The translations under genes were made by a program, and so were the position numbers. The notes beneath the pieces are model-generated. The model did not search any database and was not told the DNA's origin. It saw only the letters and a list, made by a program, of their open reading frames with translations. A stretch of 64,000 bases of DNA from Nemertoderma westbladi (lineage: Eukaryota > Animalia > Xenacoelomorpha), in contig JAUCBJ010004787.1 of NCBI GenBank assembly GCA_032718475.1, positions 1-64,000 of the forward strand, written 5' to 3'. The number at the start of each line of letters is the position of its first letter. Position 1 is the stretch's first letter. Positions 61,201 to 64,000 of this stretch are shown piece by piece.

Positions 61201-62823
61201 CAGAAATGGCGCAAATTAGAGAATAAGTTGGAAGGCCAAGGTAAAGTATTGACACTTCAGCATATTCATGACATGATAGCCACAGACGCAGTAGCAGAGA
61301 TGAAATCAAACTTCTCAGAAGAGAATATGAGAGAGTCTAAACCTGTTACCGGTAAGTTTTGACGATGACAGGACCTCTGTGACATTTAACTCAGTAGACA
61401 GATATAATTCGAGTACCCCAGCCTTTAGATCAGACTCGCGAGTATGTTCAGGTGAGCGGTTAGATAGACCTAGGTTAAAGCAACAGGAGTTGCCGGATGG
61501 ATTTGTAGGTTGCCAATACTGTTTACTAAAGGAGGTAAGATCTGACGACCATAAGTTAGATAGTTGCAGATGGTTCAAAGAATTAAATTCGGAACAGAGA
61601 AGAGTTCAAGTGCGGACGTTGGACACCTGTTGGGCATGTCTTGCGCCAGGTCATGTACGGCGGCAGTGCCCGAACAGCAAGGACGGATGCATGGAATGCG
61701 GCAGACTACATCACAAGTTGCTACATGCGGATTTCCATACCCCAACGGACTGTTACATACAGCGAAATCCTCACAGGAAGGGGAGCAAAGAACCCGTATC
61801 GATAAGGAGAAATACGTTCACCGGCATTCAGGACGATGGTTACCAACCAGGTTCGTCGGATGAGGATGGCGAGTCGAGCGCGAGAGAAGTGACCTGCCAA
61901 GGTTTCACCGCGGATAGTTCATCGACCAGCGCGCGGACGTATCTATCATCGGCCACGTCGGAAATATTCAGCGTGATTCCGGTGAAACTTACCGGTGATA
62001 AGGGATCGAAACGAATATATGTGATGTTGGACACTGCGTCCACATTATCTTATATCGACGAGGAAGTGGCGAGAGCCGTTTCTAGCTTCCAGGACGCCGA
62101 GGAGATCCAAATAGAGTTGAAGTCTATGCACTGGGTAGGAGACCTCAACGGACACAGAATTTCGGTGGAACTAGACTCCCTACTTTCGAGAGACCAACAT
62201 ACTCGACAAGAACGGAAAGCTTTGCCATTGGACGGATTTAAGTGTCTAGCTATGAAGGGATTCGGCAGGCAGTTAGGTAAGGTGCCGCCGATGAGTCCCA
62301 TAGCACAGGAGTATTTTGACAAGCTCAGAATACCCAGACATCAGGTAGGTTATAGGAATGTTTCTATGTTGATTGGTGCAGAACAGCTGATCGCACACCA
62401 AATATGGGAAACGAGACCAGCTGAGCCGCATGTCAATGGACCACATGCCCATAGGACCATATTAGGTTGGTATACAAGAGTACCCATGTCTTATGAGTTT
62501 ACAGGTGGCGACAAGCCAATAGACAGATGCGACGAATTACAGCCTATAACTCAACCAACGTTAGTAAAACCACCAGACATAGACGAGTTTAGGAGAACCT
62601 GTATTGACCACTATAGTGACTTTAGCGAGTCGGACGAGGAGTTGATTCCCGATAATGTTAGGTTGTCGGAACCACTCCACAATGACCGGACAGATAGTGA
62701 ACCCGAGGACTACTGTTATCAGACCTGTGGGTCTGGTTCAGCGGCTCACGCTACTTATCTGAGTAACGTTTTGATTTATACCGACATAGTGGAGGGTCAG
62801 GTGGCTAAATATCGAGACCTAGA
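58260..62823 (+). pseudogene. A2 gag (coiled coil, capsid, CCHC knuckles) and protease with stops and frameshifts
   Basis: ORFs 58260-59750 (premature TAA), 59799-60971, 60896-61219 and 61379-62980; CWACLAPGH, CMECGRLHHKLLH and VMLDTAST. Confidence 0.85.
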
Positions 62824-64000
62824 TGTAAAAGCTTTTGCGTATATAATCAGTTCCCCTCGCCCGCAAGGTACTGTTATAGGTGTTTTAACGGACATAAAAG
62901 TCATTCTTCTGTATGTGTGCTTTGGCGGACATGGTAAGGCAAAAAACCCGCAATGCGTCAAATACCCTGGCACAGCTTAGCCTTGATGATTCAGATTACG
63001 ACATCTAACAGCTGGTTGCTGACATGGAAACGGCCATTGGACACATGGTTCTTTGTTTAGCTTAACAGCCAATCAGAGCGATTTTTTCTGTCGATGTGGA
63101 GATATTTGGCAGATCATGCTAGGAGTGTTCAGTCTTACTGTTTTTTGTGATACTGTTGTGTTGTTTCTATCTAGGCCAGGAACACCGGCTCTAGAGTCAA
63201 TTCGTTTCAGACTTTAGAAGAAACATTAGTAGGCTTAGATTATAGAGCGTATAACTGTTATCATAACAACTCGGCCCACTTATCGGCACAGTCCAGTCTT
63301 AACGGCACATACATTGTCATATCATATCTTAACTTACCGTCTTAATGCTTTTTACTGTTGTTATTATTTTGTATCAGTTGGTTGAATATTATTTGGAGAA
63401 TATCTATAAAGAACCCAAATTTCCCAATTTTCTTGATACACTACAGGTTAGAGAGACAGGTTACATATAGCGATTGCGACTTATATTATTGTGGTTTGTA
63501 GTGAGTTCAATGCTATTTGATAAGCACTACATGAGTCAATTGCTGTTCTCTTTATATATGATAAAATTCATTGACGGTCGGCAGATTAGTGTGCAGTATT
63601 GTGTGGTACCGGTAGTGTGCATGATTGTGGCTGATAACTAAGCATTTCCTAAAGAATGCGCCTCATACGTGAATCATAAGCCTTACCGACTTACCGTTGT
63701 GATTAGTATAAGTCATATCTCTGTTTACCTAGATAGAGCGCCACGTCCTAAAGGAACTGTTAATATTTCCCGAAAGTGAATAATATTAGTCAGAAATTAT
63801 TTATTAACGATCAATCGAATAATACAGTAAGCTTACACTGCAATAACAATCTAAGCCCTCCGAATCCAGTCTCCCGGGTATATCCAGCGGGTGAATGGAC
63901 GCGCACTAGGCTGGCTTCGGCTAATGTTGTGTTTATTGGTATTAAATACTTGTCATTTTCTAAAGTCTATTTATAAACCAAAAGACATATAAATTTTGGC
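62824..64000. other. Unidentified non-coding sequence interrupting A2 (possibly another element starting TGTAA)
   Basis: Abrupt loss of homology to A1 at ~62824; no long ORF; the far end is outside the window. Confidence 0.4.

Larger units (their letters stand above)
54863..62823 (+). mobile_element. BEL/Pao family A copy 2 (5' LTR, long leader, gag-PR), interrupted near 62823
   Basis: LTR homologous to 21011-22972; gag/PR homologous to A1; homology stops after AKYRDLD. Confidence 0.9.

Overview
AT-rich eukaryotic (invertebrate-type) DNA that is almost entirely a nest of transposable elements, with two isolated exons of a class C GPCR (mGluR-like). There are four BEL/Pao LTR retrotransposon copies from two families. 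Family A has LTRs of about 2-2.3 kb (A1 ~4304-22972, A2 54863-~62823). Family B has LTRs of about 545 bp (B1 13150-19640 minus, B2 43933-54857 plus, both with intact 5-bp TSDs). The window also holds one Gypsy element, six LINE copies, a hAT-type transposon inside a foldback MITE, a Sola-like fragment and small MITEs. Top observation: none of the three BEL 5' LTRs is followed by a tRNA-type PBS (TGG...). Each is followed by a different GT-starting 9-12-mer that is perfectly complementary to a segment inside its own LTR, and the pairing ends exactly at the LTR boundary. This covariation suggests tRNA-independent self-priming. B2 also carries an intact 869-aa ORF3 in the env position with a DEDDy (WRN/EXD2/Mut-7-like) 3'-5' exonuclease domain and three CCHC knuckles, preceded by an array of hairpin repeats. 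All domain calls come from motif recognition by eye; no database searches were run.
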